A DNA stretch of 64,000 nt from Bacteroidales bacterium (GTDB lineage Bacteria; Bacteroidota; Bacteroidia; Bacteroidales; VadinHA17), in the NCBI GenBank assembly GCA_027028505.1, contig JALVJE010000153.1, forward strand, positions 731 through 64,730. The letters are read 5' to 3'. Positions 17,305 through 28,925 of this stretch are shown here, piece by piece (position 1 is the stretch's first letter; the number at the start of each line of letters is the position of its first letter). The notes under the pieces were generated by a model, which saw only the letters and a program-made list of their open reading frames with translations, ran no database searches and was not told the origin of the DNA. Position numbers and translations under genes: made by a program.

Positions 17305-18807
17305 ATGAAACGACTGCACCGTTATATACTTCGTTCTTTCGTCGGACCGCTGGTGCTGACCTTCTTCATCGTCATGTTCCTGATGATCATGCAGTTTCTT
17401 TGGAAATACATCGACGATCTCGTCGGGAAAGGACTGCAGGCACATATCCTGGCCGAGTTGCTTTTTTATCTGGCCGCCAGTTTTGTGCCCATGGCCCTGC
17501 CGCTGGCCATATTGCTGGCAGCACTCATGACTTTCGGCAATTTCGGAGAGCGTTTCGAGCTCACGGCCATGAAATCCTCGGGCATACCGCTGCAGAAGAT
17601 CATGCTCCCCGTTTTCTACCTGATGATCTTTCTCACCGCTTTCGCCTTTTATTTTGCCAACAACATCCTGCCGGTAGCCAACCTGAAATCCAGGGCCCTG
17701 ATCTGGGACATCCAGCAGCAAAGACCCGAGCTGAACATCAAAGCAGGAGAGTTCTACAACGGGATCGAAGGATACAGCATCAAGATCGGAAAGAAGAATT
17801 TCAAGACCAACATGCTGTACAATATCCTGATCTACGATCATACCGAAAAAAGAGGGGCGGTATCCGTCACCTATGCCGATTCGGGCAAAATGATCATCAC
17901 CCCCGATAAAAAAGACCTGGTCTTCAACCTGTACCACGGACGCTCCTACTACGAAATCCCTCCCGGGAAGAAACACCCGTACAAAAGGACCAAGACATTT
18001 CCTTTCCGGCAGGATCATTTTCAGGAGCAGACCATCATCATCAAACTTACGGGTTTCGGCCTGAAAAGGACCGACGAGAACCTTTTCAAGAACCACTACT
18101 CAATGCTGAACCTAAAGCAGCTTACTCATTTCACCGATTCCCTCAACCAACAGCTTGAAAAACGGCAACAGGCTGCCCGGAAGACCCTCCGGGCCCAACT
18201 GTTCGGCGAATCCCGGTACTTCAAAAAAATGCATGAAAAGGACACCCTCCAGGACACCCTGGCCATAGCCCCCGTCCCCTTTGACCTGCAAAAGACCTGG
18301 GACACCCTGGCGCCTTCCCTGAAACAAACCATCGCAGAGGATGCCCTCACTTCGGCACAAAGCACCCGTGATTACGTGCGGAACATGGGGAAGATCATTG
18401 AATCCCATATCAAGTACATCCGGAGGTATCAGATCGAATGGCACCGTAAATTCACACTGTCGCTGGCCTGTATCATCTTCTTTTTCATAGGGGCCCCGCT
18501 GGGCGCGATCATCCGGAAAGGCGGCCTGGGCATGCCTGTGGTCATCTCCGTGCTCTTTTTTGTTTTTTATTACATCATCTCCATGTCGGGCGAAAAATTC
18601 GTCAGGGAAGATGTCTGGTCGCCCTTTACCGGTATGTGGATCGCCACTTTCATCCTGCTACCCATTGGCATCTACCTCACCTACAAATCCACCAACGACG
18701 CAGCTATCATGAGTTCGGAAGCCTACAGCCAGTTTTTCGGTCAGCTGTGGAAAAATATACGCCGGTTCTTCCCCCACCGGAAACATAAACCGGAAGAAAA
18801 AACATGA
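17305..18807 (+). CDS. LptF/LptG-family permease (YjgP/YjgQ)
   Basis: 500 aa. Three N-terminal and three C-terminal TM helices flank a periplasmic domain. N-terminal MKRLHRYILRSFVGP is typical of the family. Confidence 0.85.
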   Translation: MKRLHRYILRSFVGPLVLTFFIVMFLMIMQFLWKYIDDLVGKGLQAHILAELLFYLAASFVPMALPLAILLAALMTFGNFGERFELTAMKSSGIPLQKIMLPVFYLMIFLTAFAFYFANNILPVANLKSRALIWDIQQQRPELNIKAGEFYNGIEGYSIKIGKKNFKTNMLYNILIYDHTEKRGAVSVTYADSGKMIITPDKKDLVFNLYHGRSYYEIPPGKKHPYKRTKTFPFRQDHFQEQTIIIKLTGFGLKRTDENLFKNHYSMLNLKQLTHFTDSLNQQLEKRQQAARKTLRAQLFGESRYFKKMHEKDTLQDTLAIAPVPFDLQKTWDTLAPSLKQTIAEDALTSAQSTRDYVRNMGKIIESHIKYIRRYQIEWHRKFTLSLACIIFFFIGAPLGAIIRKGGLGMPVVISVLFFVFYYIISMSGEKFVREDVWSPFTGMWIATFILLPIGIYLTYKSTNDAAIMSSEAYSQFFGQLWKNIRRFFPHRKHKPEEKT

Positions 18808-20006
18808 AGATACTGATCCTTACGCCCAAGCCTCCTTTCCCTGCCAGAGACGGCAGCTCACTGGCCACGGCTCAGGTGATCGAAGGCCTGGCCGCCCAAG
18901 GACACCAGGTAACGGTCTTCTTCCTGAACACCTCCAAACATGCCAGTAATCCCCGTGACCTGCCCGAAATAGAAGGGGTCTCTTTTTTCTCCGCTTTCTG
19001 CAACACTTCCGTAAAACCCTGGCCGGCGCTGACTTCACTCCTGGCCGGCCAACAACCCTATACGGTATCCCGGTTCATCACCGCAGAAACTGAAAAAAAA
19101 CTGAGAGATATCCTGTCAGGGAATTCCTTCGATATCATCCAGGTGGAAACCCTGATGATGACCCCTTATCTTGAGGTGATCAGGGAATCCTCCGAGGCCC
19201 GCATCATTTTCAGACCCCATAATGCAGAATATCTCATCTGGTCCCATCTGGCGGAGAATGAAAAAAACTTCCTGAAAAAGGGATATTTCAATATGCTGGC
19301 ACGGCAGATCAGTAAATATGAACGGACTGTTTCGCGGCAATTCAGCCACATTCTGCCGATCAGCGACAACGACGCTGAGATCTTCTGTTCCTGGAACCCT
19401 GAAGCCCGGATGATGACGCTGCCTTACGGCATAGAGATCAGGACCGGCCCACAAAGAACCGGGCGGCGCCCTCCGGCCGTTCTTTTCCTGGGAGCCCTTG
19501 ACTGGCGGCCCAACGTGCAGGGAATAGAATGGTTCCTGAAAAATATCTGGCCTTCCCTGGCACAGAACATCCCTTCGGTCCGGCTCTACGTTGCCGGCCG
19601 CAACCCCGGTGCCCGCATCCGGGAGACCATCCGGAGCCATTCCACAGGAGGGAAGATCACTTTCCTGGGGGAAGTCGAGGATCCGGAAGATCTTTATTCG
19701 AAGGGAACTATTTTCATCGTGCCCCTTTTTGCCGGCAGCGGGATCCGGATAAAGATCCTGGAGGCCATGGCCCACGGGCTGGCCGTCATCTCCACCTCCA
19801 CCGGCGCAGCCGGCCTGCCTGTCAGGGATAAGGAAGATATACTCCTCGCCGATACTCCGGAAGATTTCAGGGGAAGCATTGAAAAACTGATGCAGGATGA
19901 GGCTTTTTACACCAGGATCACTGAGAATGCCTTACATTTGCTACGGGAAAAGTTTGACCGGCAAAGCCTTCTGAACGATCTTGAAAAATTTTACCTTCAA
20001 GCATGA
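18804..20006 (+). CDS. Glycosyltransferase family 4 (GT-B)
   Basis: 400 aa. C-terminal EGFGLP-like region (SGIRIKILEAMAHGLAVIST). ATGA start/stop overlap with the upstream gene. Confidence 0.85.
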   Translation: MKILILTPKPPFPARDGSSLATAQVIEGLAAQGHQVTVFFLNTSKHASNPRDLPEIEGVSFFSAFCNTSVKPWPALTSLLAGQQPYTVSRFITAETEKKLRDILSGNSFDIIQVETLMMTPYLEVIRESSEARIIFRPHNAEYLIWSHLAENEKNFLKKGYFNMLARQISKYERTVSRQFSHILPISDNDAEIFCSWNPEARMMTLPYGIEIRTGPQRTGRRPPAVLFLGALDWRPNVQGIEWFLKNIWPSLAQNIPSVRLYVAGRNPGARIRETIRSHSTGGKITFLGEVEDPEDLYSKGTIFIVPLFAGSGIRIKILEAMAHGLAVISTSTGAAGLPVRDKEDILLADTPEDFRGSIEKLMQDEAFYTRITENALHLLREKFDRQSLLNDLEKFYLQA

Positions 20007-21184
20007 TCCTTCTGCTCCACATACTCTTCTGGATCCCTGTGGTCCTTCTCTTTCACTCCTATATCCTCTTTCCGCTGTGGCTGGAGATCAGGTTCTCGTT
20101 ATCAGGAAAAAAAACACATCCTGCACGAAAAGACCACAGACCACCCGTAAGTGTGATCATCCCCGCCTATAATGAAGAAAGCATCATTGAGGAAAAGATC
20201 AGGAGCATCTATGCCGGGGATTATCCCATGGACAGAACCGAAGTCCTTGTCATGTCCGATGCCTCCACCGATCGTACCGACAGTATCGTCCGGAAGTTGA
20301 CGGAAGAGTTTCCCACCCTTCATTTTTACCGCACCGAACGGCGCACAGGCAAGCCCGGCATCCTCAACCAGCTGGTCCCCAAGGCCACCGGTGAGCTGCT
20401 TCTGCTCACCGATGCCAATGTACTGCTGGACCGCAATACGATCTCACTCCTCGCTGCCCACTTTGCCGATCCGGAACTGGGCCTGGCCGACACCCAGCTG
20501 GTAGGACTGGGTCAGGAACGAGGCATAGCGCTCCAGGAAAAAAAATATGCCGGCAGGGAGGTGAAGATCAAATTCCTGGAAGGCTGCCTCTGGGGAATCA
20601 TCATGGGACCCTCCGGCGCCTGCTACGCCCTGCGTAAAGACCTATACACCCCCATTCCGGACAATTTCCTCGTCGACGATTTTTACCTCAACATGAAAGT
20701 TCTGGAGAAAGGAAAAAAAGCGATCGTCGAGCCGGAGGCCCGCGTATATGAAGATGTCACCCAGTCATTCAAAGAAGCATTTCGGCGGAAAACCCGCATA
20801 GCCACAGGCAATTTTCAGAATCTCCGGGCTTTCCGGCACCTCTACCGCAATATTTTCCGGCCCACGGGATTCTGCTTCTGGTCCCACAAAGGCATCCGCT
20901 GGCTGGGCCCCTGGCTCATCCTAACCAATCTTCTGGCAGCTATACTTCTGGCACCTTACCATCTGATCTACCTCCTGGCCCTCGGTCTGCATCTGTTGAT
21001 CTTCCTTTTGATCGCACTGGATAATCTTTTAGGGTTTTTCGGAAAACAAATTGTAATTTTGCGGTTTGTAACACATTTTTATTCGATGAACCTGGCCCTG
21101 GCCTCGGGATTCATAAATGCTTTGAAAGGAGTGAGATCAAATGTCTGGGAACCAACAAAAAGAAACCCACAAAGAAAACAATAG
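20003..21184 (+). CDS. Membrane glycosyltransferase family 2
   Basis: N-terminal TM helix, [16 protein letters not shown] and LTDAN motifs, and C-terminal TM helices. Confidence 0.85.
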   Translation: MILLLHILFWIPVVLLFHSYILFPLWLEIRFSLSGKKTHPARKDHRPPVSVIIPAYNEESIIEEKIRSIYAGDYPMDRTEVLVMSDASTDRTDSIVRKLTEEFPTLHFYRTERRTGKPGILNQLVPKATGELLLLTDANVLLDRNTISLLAAHFADPELGLADTQLVGLGQERGIALQEKKYAGREVKIKFLEGCLWGIIMGPSGACYALRKDLYTPIPDNFLVDDFYLNMKVLEKGKKAIVEPEARVYEDVTQSFKEAFRRKTRIATGNFQNLRAFRHLYRNIFRPTGFCFWSHKGIRWLGPWLILTNLLAAILLAPYHLIYLLALGLHLLIFLLIALDNLLGFFGKQIVILRFVTHFYSMNLALASGFINALKGVRSNVWEPTKRNPQRKQ

Positions 21185-22445
21185 AACGCAGGAGGTCGTC
21201 CTCGACTCCATCCCTTCCGCCATAGAAGATATAAAGAAAGGCAAACCGGTCATTGTGGTGGACGATGAAGACCGGGAAAATGAAGGGGATTTCATCGTTG
21301 CCGCCGAGCTGATCACCCCGGAGATGGTCAACTTCATGGCAGCCGAAGCCCGGGGGCTTATCTGTGTGGCCCTGACCGAGGAACGTTGTGAGGAGCTGGA
21401 CCTCAACCTCATGGTGGGAAAGAATACAGCCTTTCACGACACCCAGTTTACGGTCTCGGTAGACTACCTGGGAGAGAACACCTCGACAGGTATTTCTGCA
21501 TACGACCGCGCTACCACCATCAGGGCCCTGGTTGACCCACATACCAAACCGGAGGACCTGGGCCGCCCCGGTCATATCTTCCCCCTCAAAGCTAAGTCGA
21601 ACGGAGTGTTGCGCCGGGCAGGCCACACCGAGGCCGCTGTCGATCTGACACGGCTGGCAGGTCTGCGCCCCGGAGGAGCCCTCGTAGAGATCCTCAACCG
21701 CGACGGCACCATGGCCCGTTTGCCCGAACTCTACCGCCTGGCAAAAAAATTAGATGTAAGGATCATTACTATCAAGGACCTGATCGCCTATCGCATAAAA
21801 CATGAAAGCCTCATAGAACGGGGTGTGGAAGTGAAGCTGCCTACTGTTTACGGTAAGTTCCGGCTCATCCCTTTCCGTCAGAAATCCAATAACCTGGAGC
21901 ATGTCGCCCTGCTGAAAGGCCACTGGACACCCGATGAGCCGATCCTCGTGCGTATGCACTCCTCCTGTGTCACCGGCGACATCTTCGGATCGATGCGGTG
22001 CGACTGTGGCGACCAGCTTCACAAGTCCATGGAGATGATCGACAAAGAAGGCAAAGGGGTGGTCGTCTACCTCAACCAGGAAGGACGGGGCATAGGCCTT
22101 TTCAATAAGATCAAAGCCTACAAGCTGCAGGAGGAAGGAAAAGACACCATTCAGGCCAACATCGAACTGGGCTTCCAGGCCGACGAAAGGGATTACGGCA
22201 TCGGAGCTTCCATCCTGCATGAGCTGGGCGTGGGCAAGATCCGCCTGCTCACCAACAACCCTGTAAAACGTGCAGGGCTTGAAGGATATGGCCTGGAGAT
22301 CGTCGAGGTGGTGCCCATAGAAGTGAAACCGAACAAATACAACGCCTACTATCTGCAGACCAAGAAGGTGAAAATGGGCCATTTCCTCGAACTGGTCAAT
22401 CCCGATGATATAGAGAAATTCCCCCACGACGACGATGACGACTGA
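21141..22445 (+). CDS. ribBA: Bifunctional 3,4-dihydroxy-2-butanone-4-phosphate synthase / GTP cyclohydrolase II
   Basis: [11 protein letters not shown] (RibB motif), [15 protein letters not shown] (RibA zinc site), and an acidic DDDDD tail. Overlaps the GT2 gene by 44 nt, so the true start is uncertain. Confidence 0.92.
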   Translation: MSGNQQKETHKENNRTQEVVLDSIPSAIEDIKKGKPVIVVDDEDRENEGDFIVAAELITPEMVNFMAAEARGLICVALTEERCEELDLNLMVGKNTAFHDTQFTVSVDYLGENTSTGISAYDRATTIRALVDPHTKPEDLGRPGHIFPLKAKSNGVLRRAGHTEAAVDLTRLAGLRPGGALVEILNRDGTMARLPELYRLAKKLDVRIITIKDLIAYRIKHESLIERGVEVKLPTVYGKFRLIPFRQKSNNLEHVALLKGHWTPDEPILVRMHSSCVTGDIFGSMRCDCGDQLHKSMEMIDKEGKGVVVYLNQEGRGIGLFNKIKAYKLQEEGKDTIQANIELGFQADERDYGIGASILHELGVGKIRLLTNNPVKRAGLEGYGLEIVEVVPIEVKPNKYNAYYLQTKKVKMGHFLELVNPDDIEKFPHDDDDD

Positions 22446-22453
22446 TCCCTGCC

Positions 22454-23419
22454 ATGATGACCGACGCCCCCTCCATCGTTTTTTTCGGCACCCCTGAGTT
22501 TGCGGCAGGCATCCTGGATCATATCCTGGCTTCCGGGATCCCCGTGCGAGGCGTCGTCACCGCTCCCGACAAACCGGCCGGCCGAGGCCGCCAGCCCCGG
22601 CCGTCGCCGGTGAAAGCCTATGCCCTCGAGAAACAGATCCCCCTCCTGCAACCTGAGAAACTGAAAGACCCGGAGTTCCTGGAAGCGCTCCGTGCCTGGC
22701 AGCCGGACCTGCAGGTTGTGGTAGCTTTCCGCATGCTGCCCGAGGCCGTATGGGCCCCACCTCCCCTGGGGACCTTCAACCTGCATGCCTCCCTCCTGCC
22801 CCAATACCGCGGCGCAGCCCCGATACAGCATGTGCTCATGAACGGCGAGAAAGAAACGGGCGTCACTACCTTTTTTATCGACCACAAAATAGATACCGGC
22901 AGGATCATCATGCAGGAGAAGGTTCCCGTCAGTTTCGATGACAATGCCGGCACCCTCTCCGAAAAGCTTATGCGTGCAGGAGCAGAACTGGTGGTGAGAA
23001 CGATCCGGGCCATCCTGGCAGGAGAGGTGCAACCTGTCGAACAGCAACATATTCAGGAAAGCCCGCTGAAGACAGCTCCGAAGATCACCAAAGAAGATCT
23101 CATGATCAACTGGCAACGAACCCCGGAAGAGATCTATAACCACATACGTGCCCTGAGCCCGTTGCCGGGAGCACGTACCCGGCTCAGGGATAAGGACGGA
23201 AAAGAGATGCTGCTCAAGATCTTCGCAGCACGGCCGGTTACCAGGGAACATGAACTTCCCGTACCCTCTTTTGTGACAGACGGTAAAACGCACCTGGACG
23301 TAGCCGTTCCGGGAGGGTTCCTTTCACTCAAAGAGTTACAGCTGGAAGGAAGAAAAAAAATGGAAGTACAGGATTTCCTCCGGGGCATCCGCCCCGGTGA
23401 GCTCACTTTCTCAGTTTAA
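22454..23419 (+). CDS. fmt: Methionyl-tRNA formyltransferase
   Basis: VFFGTPEFAA ... PDKPAGRGRQ ... NLHASLLPQYRGAAPIQ motifs. Confidence 0.93.
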   Translation: MMTDAPSIVFFGTPEFAAGILDHILASGIPVRGVVTAPDKPAGRGRQPRPSPVKAYALEKQIPLLQPEKLKDPEFLEALRAWQPDLQVVVAFRMLPEAVWAPPPLGTFNLHASLLPQYRGAAPIQHVLMNGEKETGVTTFFIDHKIDTGRIIMQEKVPVSFDDNAGTLSEKLMRAGAELVVRTIRAILAGEVQPVEQQHIQESPLKTAPKITKEDLMINWQRTPEEIYNHIRALSPLPGARTRLRDKDGKEMLLKIFAARPVTREHELPVPSFVTDGKTHLDVAVPGGFLSLKELQLEGRKKMEVQDFLRGIRPGELTFSV

Positions 23420-24485
23420 GCTTTTGACCCGGCCGGGGCTCCTCTCCCGGCTTCATGCCGTTCATCTCATACAGATATTTCAGACGGATGGCATACTGCT
23501 GCGATATGGAATACATCGTCTCCCCCTCTTTTACAATATGCTCCTTTTTCCCCAACTCCGCCTGCTTTCGCTTGGGCTGCAAATACAGGATCTCACCCTC
23601 TTTCAGGGTAGCATGCTTGTCCAGCTCATTGTATTTGGGCAGCTCTCCCGGTACCAGTCCCAGCTCTTTGGTCAGCGACTCAAAAGTATCCCCTTTCCGC
23701 ACAATGATATAGTTCACCCGGTTGTTCATCATCACCTGTCGCCGGCCGGCGGGAGCCACCGTAAATTCTTCTGACATCTCCGGCGGAGAAGCTGTCTCTG
23801 ACATCTCCGGCGGAGAGGCTGTTGACGACATTTCCATACTGTTGGCCGTAGTGTCCCTGACACCGGACGGATTCGGTGTTCCTTCGGCTACAGCAGTGGA
23901 AGATGCCGCCGGGGGATTGTATTTCCTGCTGTCCAACTCATACAAGCGGTTGTCTTCAATGATCCCGATCAATAACTGTGCATAGTGCGGATTGGTGGCA
24001 TAACCGGCCTTTTTCAGACCCTTTGCCCAGGCTTTGTAATCGTCAGGAGGCAGTTTGAAAAGGAAAGCATACCGGTTCTTGTTCATCAAAAAATCCGAAT
24101 GGTCCCGGTAAGATTCTTCCACATTATTGTATTTCCTGAAACATTCATGCTTGGAGTCATCGTCATAGTAGATCTTTTTCCCTGTCCAGTCACGGTGGCA
24201 TTTGATCCCGAAATGGTTCTTGCCATATATGGCCAGGTAGCTGTTCCCGTCGTTCGACTCGAGCAGGGCCTGGGCCATGGTGATACTGGCCGGAATACCG
24301 GTGCGGTGCATCTCTTCAATGGCCAGGGGCGCGTATTTCTCAATGTACTGGGCACGCTCGAGTTTCACCGCCGGAGAGACCGATGCCACTTTCCGGGAAC
24401 TGCCGCATCCCGAAAAAAGGAACAACACTGCCAGCATGATCCCTGCTGTCACATAGTAGCGGTATCCGGTAATACATTTATACAT
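23403..24485 (-). CDS. Lipoprotein with N-acetylglucosaminidase (FlgJ-like) domain and two C-terminal LysM domains
   Basis: Start moved to the internal Met (MYKCITG..., lipobox FSGC) at 24485. The upstream ORF extension would overlap cdd on the opposite strand. Glucosaminidase motif ITMAQALLESNDG; LysM repeats YIIVRKGDTFESL and HIVKEGETMYSIS. Confidence 0.85.
   Translation of the reverse strand: MYKCITGYRYYVTAGIMLAVLFLFSGCGSSRKVASVSPAVKLERAQYIEKYAPLAIEEMHRTGIPASITMAQALLESNDGNSYLAIYGKNHFGIKCHRDWTGKKIYYDDDSKHECFRKYNNVEESYRDHSDFLMNKNRYAFLFKLPPDDYKAWAKGLKKAGYATNPHYAQLLIGIIEDNRLYELDSRKYNPPAASSTAVAEGTPNPSGVRDTTANSMEMSSTASPPEMSETASPPEMSEEFTVAPAGRRQVMMNNRVNYIIVRKGDTFESLTKELGLVPGELPKYNELDKHATLKEGEILYLQPKRKQAELGKKEHIVKEGETMYSISQQYAIRLKYLYEMNGMKPGEEPRPGQKLKLRK
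23771..23824. repeat. 27-bp in-frame tandem duplication inside the LysM protein gene
   Basis: CTGACATCTCCGGCGGAGA(A/G)GCTGT appears twice, encoding (T/S)ASPPEMSE twice. Confidence 0.85.
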
Positions 24486-24533
24486 TTTCAGGTACTTCAC
24501 AGCCCAAAAATATAATATTAATGGCAAAAATTG

Positions 24534-24541
24534 TACATTTG
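24534..24541 (+). promoter_or_regulatory. Candidate Bacteroidota -7 promoter box (TAnnTTTG) for cdd
   Basis: TACATTTG lies 26 nt upstream of the cdd ATG. Confidence 0.4.
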
Positions 24542-24566
24542 TTAAGATCCCTTTGCAAAAAACAAG

Positions 24567-25061
24567 ATGAAAGAGAAGAAGATCACGATCCGGATCAGGC
24601 AATACACCCGTGAGGAGCTGGATGAAGAGAGCAGGCATCTGCTCGGGGAAGCTGACAAGGCTGCGAAAAGCGCGTATGCCCCCTATTCGGCTTTCCGGGT
24701 GGGGGCGGCCCTGCTGCTCGAGAACGGTAAGATCATTACCGGGAACAACCAGGAAAATGCCGCCTACCCGTCGGGGTTGTGTGCCGAGCGCGTGGCGGTC
24801 TTCTATGCCGGAGCACAATACCCTGACGTAGCCATCACAGCCCTGGCGCTTACCGCCCGCACCCCGGCCGGCATCACAGGAGAGCCCGCCTACCCCTGCG
24901 GAGCCTGCCGGCAGGTATTGCTCGAATCCGAGAGCCGCAGCGGGAAACCTATTCGCATCATCATGGCAGGGAAGGATACCGTGGACGTGGTAGACTCGGT
25001 AAAAGACCTGCTACCCAAGAATTTTGATAAACGCTTCCTGGAAGGATCATCCCGCCAGTGA
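24567..25061 (+). CDS. cdd: Cytidine deaminase
   Basis: Zinc-site motifs CAERVA and PCGACRQ. Confidence 0.9.
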   Translation: MKEKKITIRIRQYTREELDEESRHLLGEADKAAKSAYAPYSAFRVGAALLLENGKIITGNNQENAAYPSGLCAERVAVFYAGAQYPDVAITALALTARTPAGITGEPAYPCGACRQVLLESESRSGKPIRIIMAGKDTVDVVDSVKDLLPKNFDKRFLEGSSRQ

Positions 25062-25733
25062 AAGAAATACCTCCCACAACACATCTGCCGGAGGATCAGC
25101 GACCAGGCGTACTTCCTCTTTTTTTACAGGATGGGTAAAGACCAGTTCCCGGGCATGCAGATGGATTCCTCCGTCCGGATCGGAACGGGGATAACCGTAT
25201 TTCAGATCCCCCCGGATGGGACAACCCAAGGCCGCCAGCTGGGCACGTATCTGATGATGCCTCCCCGTGAGAAGAGTGATCTCCAGGAACCAGTAATTAT
25301 GTGAACGGCCTACCGTCCTGTATAGCAGCTCGGCCTTCTTTGAATCCTTCACCTCTTTTGTATAAGCAAAGGACTTGTTCATCTTGTGGTTGCGCACCAG
25401 GTAATGGACCAGATGGCCCTCCTCCTCCGGCGGCTGCTCCCGCACCACAGCCCAGTATTTTTTCACCGTCCGGCGGTCCCTGAACTGATCATTCATGCGG
25501 GCCAGCGCCTTACCCGTACGTGCAAAAAGGACCACCCCGCTCACCGGCCTGTCCAGACGATGGATCACCCCCAGAAAAACATTCCCGGGCTTGTGATACT
25601 TTTCTTTGATATAGGACCTGACAAGATGGTCCAGGGAAAGATCGCCGGTACTGTCCCCCTGCACAAGATCAGAGACCCTTTTGTTCACAGCGATCAGATG
25701 ATTATCCTCATACAGTATTTCCGGATACTCCAT
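25047..25733 (-). CDS. RluA-family pseudouridine synthase
   Basis: Catalytic motif HRLDRPVSGVVLFA. Confidence 0.9.
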   Translation of the reverse strand: MEYPEILYEDNHLIAVNKRVSDLVQGDSTGDLSLDHLVRSYIKEKYHKPGNVFLGVIHRLDRPVSGVVLFARTGKALARMNDQFRDRRTVKKYWAVVREQPPEEEGHLVHYLVRNHKMNKSFAYTKEVKDSKKAELLYRTVGRSHNYWFLEITLLTGRHHQIRAQLAALGCPIRGDLKYGYPRSDPDGGIHLHARELVFTHPVKKEEVRLVADPPADVLWEVFLSLAG

Positions 25734-25741
25734 CGCAGGGG

Positions 25742-26557
25742 TCAGTATTGTTCCTTCTCATTCGGAAAGTCTACCATCCTCACATCATTGATATAGGCTT
25801 TTACGGCTCCACTGATCTCCTCGTACAGATTGTGGTATCTCCGCAGGAAACGGGGTGAGAACTCCTGGGTAATCCCCAGCATATCATGTAAAACCAGCAC
25901 CTGTCCGTCCACCTGGGCACCGGCGCCGATGCCGATGACCGGGATCTTCAGATCACCTGCCACCTTGGCCCCCAGCTTCGCAGGCACCTTCTCCAGAACA
26001 ATGGCAAAACAACCTGTTTTCTCCAGAAGATAGGCATCTTCGATCAGTTTCTGTGCCTCCGCCTCATCGCGGGCCCTCACCACATAGGTACCGAACTTAT
26101 GGATCGACTGGGGAGTCAGGCCCAGGTGCCCCATCACAGGAATACCCGCAGACAGGATCCGCTCCACCGACTCGATGATCTCGCGCCCCCCTTCCATCTT
26201 GACCGCATGGGCCCCTGTCTCTTTCATGATCCGTATGGCGGACGACAGAGCCTCCTTGGAATTTCCCTGATAGGTGCCGAACGGCATGTCCACCACCACC
26301 AGCGCCCTCTTCACGGCCCGCACCACGGAAGCTGCATGGTAGATCATATTGTCAAGCGTGATGGGCAGGGTCGTCTCATAACCCGCCATAACATTCGAGG
26401 CCGAGTCCCCTACCAGGATGACATCGATCTCCGCCTCATCAATGATCCGCGCCAGTGAATAATCATAAGCCGTCAGCATGGCGATCTTCTCCCCCCGTAG
26501 CTTCATCTCATGCAACACATGTGTGGTCACACGCTTTACCTGTTTATAAAAAGACAT
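25742..26557 (-). CDS. panB: 3-methyl-2-oxobutanoate hydroxymethyltransferase
   Basis: 271 aa. MLTAYDY ... VGDSASNV ... VKMEGG motifs. Confidence 0.95.
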   Translation of the reverse strand: MSFYKQVKRVTTHVLHEMKLRGEKIAMLTAYDYSLARIIDEAEIDVILVGDSASNVMAGYETTLPITLDNMIYHAASVVRAVKRALVVVDMPFGTYQGNSKEALSSAIRIMKETGAHAVKMEGGREIIESVERILSAGIPVMGHLGLTPQSIHKFGTYVVRARDEAEAQKLIEDAYLLEKTGCFAIVLEKVPAKLGAKVAGDLKIPVIGIGAGAQVDGQVLVLHDMLGITQEFSPRFLRRYHNLYEEISGAVKAYINDVRMVDFPNEKEQY

Positions 26558-27005
26558 GACAAACCGTTTTTGTTATCATACAAATCTACAAAGTTTTACA
26601 GATAAAGTAAGATTTTTTTCTTCCTCTCCCTTTCCACAGAGATCAGGAGGGCCTATTTCCACCGGCCAACTGTCTTTTTGTCACGAAACCAACAAAACTT
26701 TTCCACCTTCCGGCCCGGGAAGCCGTTTTTTCTTATGACAGCGGCCTCTTGCTGAGCAAACAACGAGAAACAAGGATATCATGAATCGCATCGATCTATC
26801 TCACTGCCACTTACAATACATACAGGTATTCTTTTCCCTACTCCAGTCCTCCTGCATCAGACATAGCTCCGGTCCATTTTTTCTGCCAGATTATCAGGAA
26901 AAGACAAAAAATCCCACTGTGGCATAATGATTGAGTAAGAAGGGCGAAACATGGAAAACATTGAAAAAAAAGAAACTGAATTTTTAACATAAAAAACTGA
27001 ATTGT

Positions 27006-28925
27006 ATGAGCAAGATAATAGGAATAGACTTAGGGACGACGAACTCGTGCGTCGCAGTAATGGAGGGCAATGAGCCCGTCGTCATCCCCAACAGCGAGGG
27101 TAAACGTACGACTCCGTCGGTCGTAGCATTCGTGGATAATGGTGAGCGTAAAGTGGGAGATCCGGCAAAACGCCAGGCCATCACCAATGCAAAAAGGACC
27201 GTTTACTCCATCAAGAGGTTGATGGGGGAGACATATGACCAGGTGCAGGATGAGATCAAACGGCTCTCCTACGAAGTGGTCAAAGGGGAGAACAATACGC
27301 CGAGGGTGAAGATCGATGACCGTTTGTACTCACCCCAGGAGATCTCGGCCATGATCCTTCAGAAAATGAAGAAAACGGCCGAGGATTATCTGGGACAGGA
27401 AGTGAGTGAGGCCGTGATCACCGTACCGGCATACTTCAACGACTCGCAGCGCCAGGCTACCAAAGAAGCTGGTGAGATCGCCGGCCTGAAAGTGCGCAGG
27501 ATCATCAACGAACCTACCGCCGCTGCCTTGGCCTATGGCCTCGACAAAAAAGGCCGCGATATGAAGGTGGCCGTGTTCGACCTGGGAGGAGGTACCTTCG
27601 ATATCTCCATCCTGGAACTCGGGGAAGGTGTCTTTGAAGTAAAATCCACCAACGGGGATACCCACCTGGGAGGAGATGATTTCGACCAGGCCATTATCAA
27701 CTGGCTGGCTGATGAGTTCAAGAAAGAGAACAACATCGATCTGCGGAAAGACCCCATGGCCCTGCAGCGGCTGAAAGAAGCTGCCGAAAAGGCCAAGATC
27801 GAACTCTCCAGTTCTACGAGCACAGAGATCAACCTGCCATATATCATGCCGGTAGACGGTATACCCAAACACTTGGTCAAAACGCTGACAAGGGCACAGT
27901 TCGAGAAACTGATTGATCCTTATGTGGCCAAATTCATTGAACCCTGCAAGCAGGCGCTGAAAGACGCCAGCCTCAGCACCTCGGATATCGACGAAGTGTT
28001 GCTGGTAGGTGGATCGACACGTATACCCCTCGTGCAGCAGAAGGTGGAAGAGTTCTTCGGGAAAGCTCCCTCCAAAGGGGTCAACCCCGACGAGGTGGTG
28101 GCCATCGGTGCCGCTATCCAGGGAGGCGTGCTGACAGGAGAGGTGAAGGATGTGCTGCTCCTCGACGTCACCCCGCTCTCGCTCGGTATTGAGACCCTGG
28201 GCGGTGTGATGACCAAACTGATCGAGGCCAACACCACCATCCCGACAAAGAAAACCGAGACCTTCACCACAGCCGCCGATAACCAGCCGTCGGTAGAGAT
28301 CCATGTGCTCCAGGGCGAAAGGCCCATGGCCAAGGACAACAAAACGATAGGGAGGTTCCATCTCGACGGCATACCGCCGGCACCCAGAGGAGTGCCTCAG
28401 ATCGAGGTGACCTTCGACATCGACGCCAACGGCATCCTGAACGTCTCGGCCAAGGATAAAGGCACCGGCAAAGAGCAGAAAATACGTATCGAAGCTTCTT
28501 CCGGCCTCACCGAGGAAGAGATCAAAAAGATGCGCGAAGAGGCCAAAGCCAATGAAGAGGCTGACAGAAAAGCCAAAGAACGTATCGAAAAGCTCAATGC
28601 CGCTGACAGCCTGATCTTCCAGTCGGAAAAACAGCTGAAAGAGTTCGGAGATAAATTGCCTGCCGATAAGAAAGGTAACATTGAGAAAGCTCTGGAAGCG
28701 CTGAAACAGGCCCATAAAAGCGAAGATCTCGCAGCCATAGACAGCGCTACAGCCGAACTGAACGCAGCCTGGCAGGCCGCAAGCCAGGAGATGTACAACG
28801 CAGGTCAGACCGGTGGCCAGGCAGGCGGTCCTTCGGCAGGAGCAGGTGCAGGTGCAGGCACTCAGGAAGAACCCAAAAGCGGTGATGACGAAGTGACGGA
28901 TGTCGACTTTGAAGAGGTCAAATAA
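27006..28925 (+). CDS. dnaK: Molecular chaperone DnaK (Hsp70)
   Basis: [22 protein letters not shown] and [11 protein letters not shown] signatures. 639 aa. Confidence 0.98.
   Translation: MSKIIGIDLGTTNSCVAVMEGNEPVVIPNSEGKRTTPSVVAFVDNGERKVGDPAKRQAITNAKRTVYSIKRLMGETYDQVQDEIKRLSYEVVKGENNTPRVKIDDRLYSPQEISAMILQKMKKTAEDYLGQEVSEAVITVPAYFNDSQRQATKEAGEIAGLKVRRIINEPTAAALAYGLDKKGRDMKVAVFDLGGGTFDISILELGEGVFEVKSTNGDTHLGGDDFDQAIINWLADEFKKENNIDLRKDPMALQRLKEAAEKAKIELSSSTSTEINLPYIMPVDGIPKHLVKTLTRAQFEKLIDPYVAKFIEPCKQALKDASLSTSDIDEVLLVGGSTRIPLVQQKVEEFFGKAPSKGVNPDEVVAIGAAIQGGVLTGEVKDVLLLDVTPLSLGIETLGGVMTKLIEANTTIPTKKTETFTTAADNQPSVEIHVLQGERPMAKDNKTIGRFHLDGIPPAPRGVPQIEVTFDIDANGILNVSAKDKGTGKEQKIRIEASSGLTEEEIKKMREEAKANEEADRKAKERIEKLNAADSLIFQSEKQLKEFGDKLPADKKGNIEKALEALKQAHKSEDLAAIDSATAELNAAWQAASQEMYNAGQTGGQAGGPSAGAGAGAGTQEEPKSGDDEVTDVDFEEVK

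Noticed and set aside
16846-18096. 416-aa minus-strand ORF across the START-like and LptF/G genes
   Set aside because: It overlaps two plus-strand genes that have clear family signatures. It is a mirror-frame artefact.
24486-24818. Upstream extensions of ORFs: 24486-24818 (LysM protein), 58647-59081 (PhoH) and 51415-51489 (beta-helix lipoprotein)
   Set aside because: The extensions overlap divergent genes or promoters and precede obvious signal-peptide or PIN N-termini. I chose the internal starts.
26556-26738. 60-aa ORF upstream of dnaK
   Set aside because: It starts inside the panB start region on the opposite strand and has odd composition. It ends at the terminator-like hairpin, so a tiny gene cannot be fully excluded, but I do not call it.
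26558-27005. CIRCE/HrcA operator upstream of dnaK
   Set aside because: There is no TTAGCACTC-N9-GAGTGCTAA-like inverted repeat in the region.
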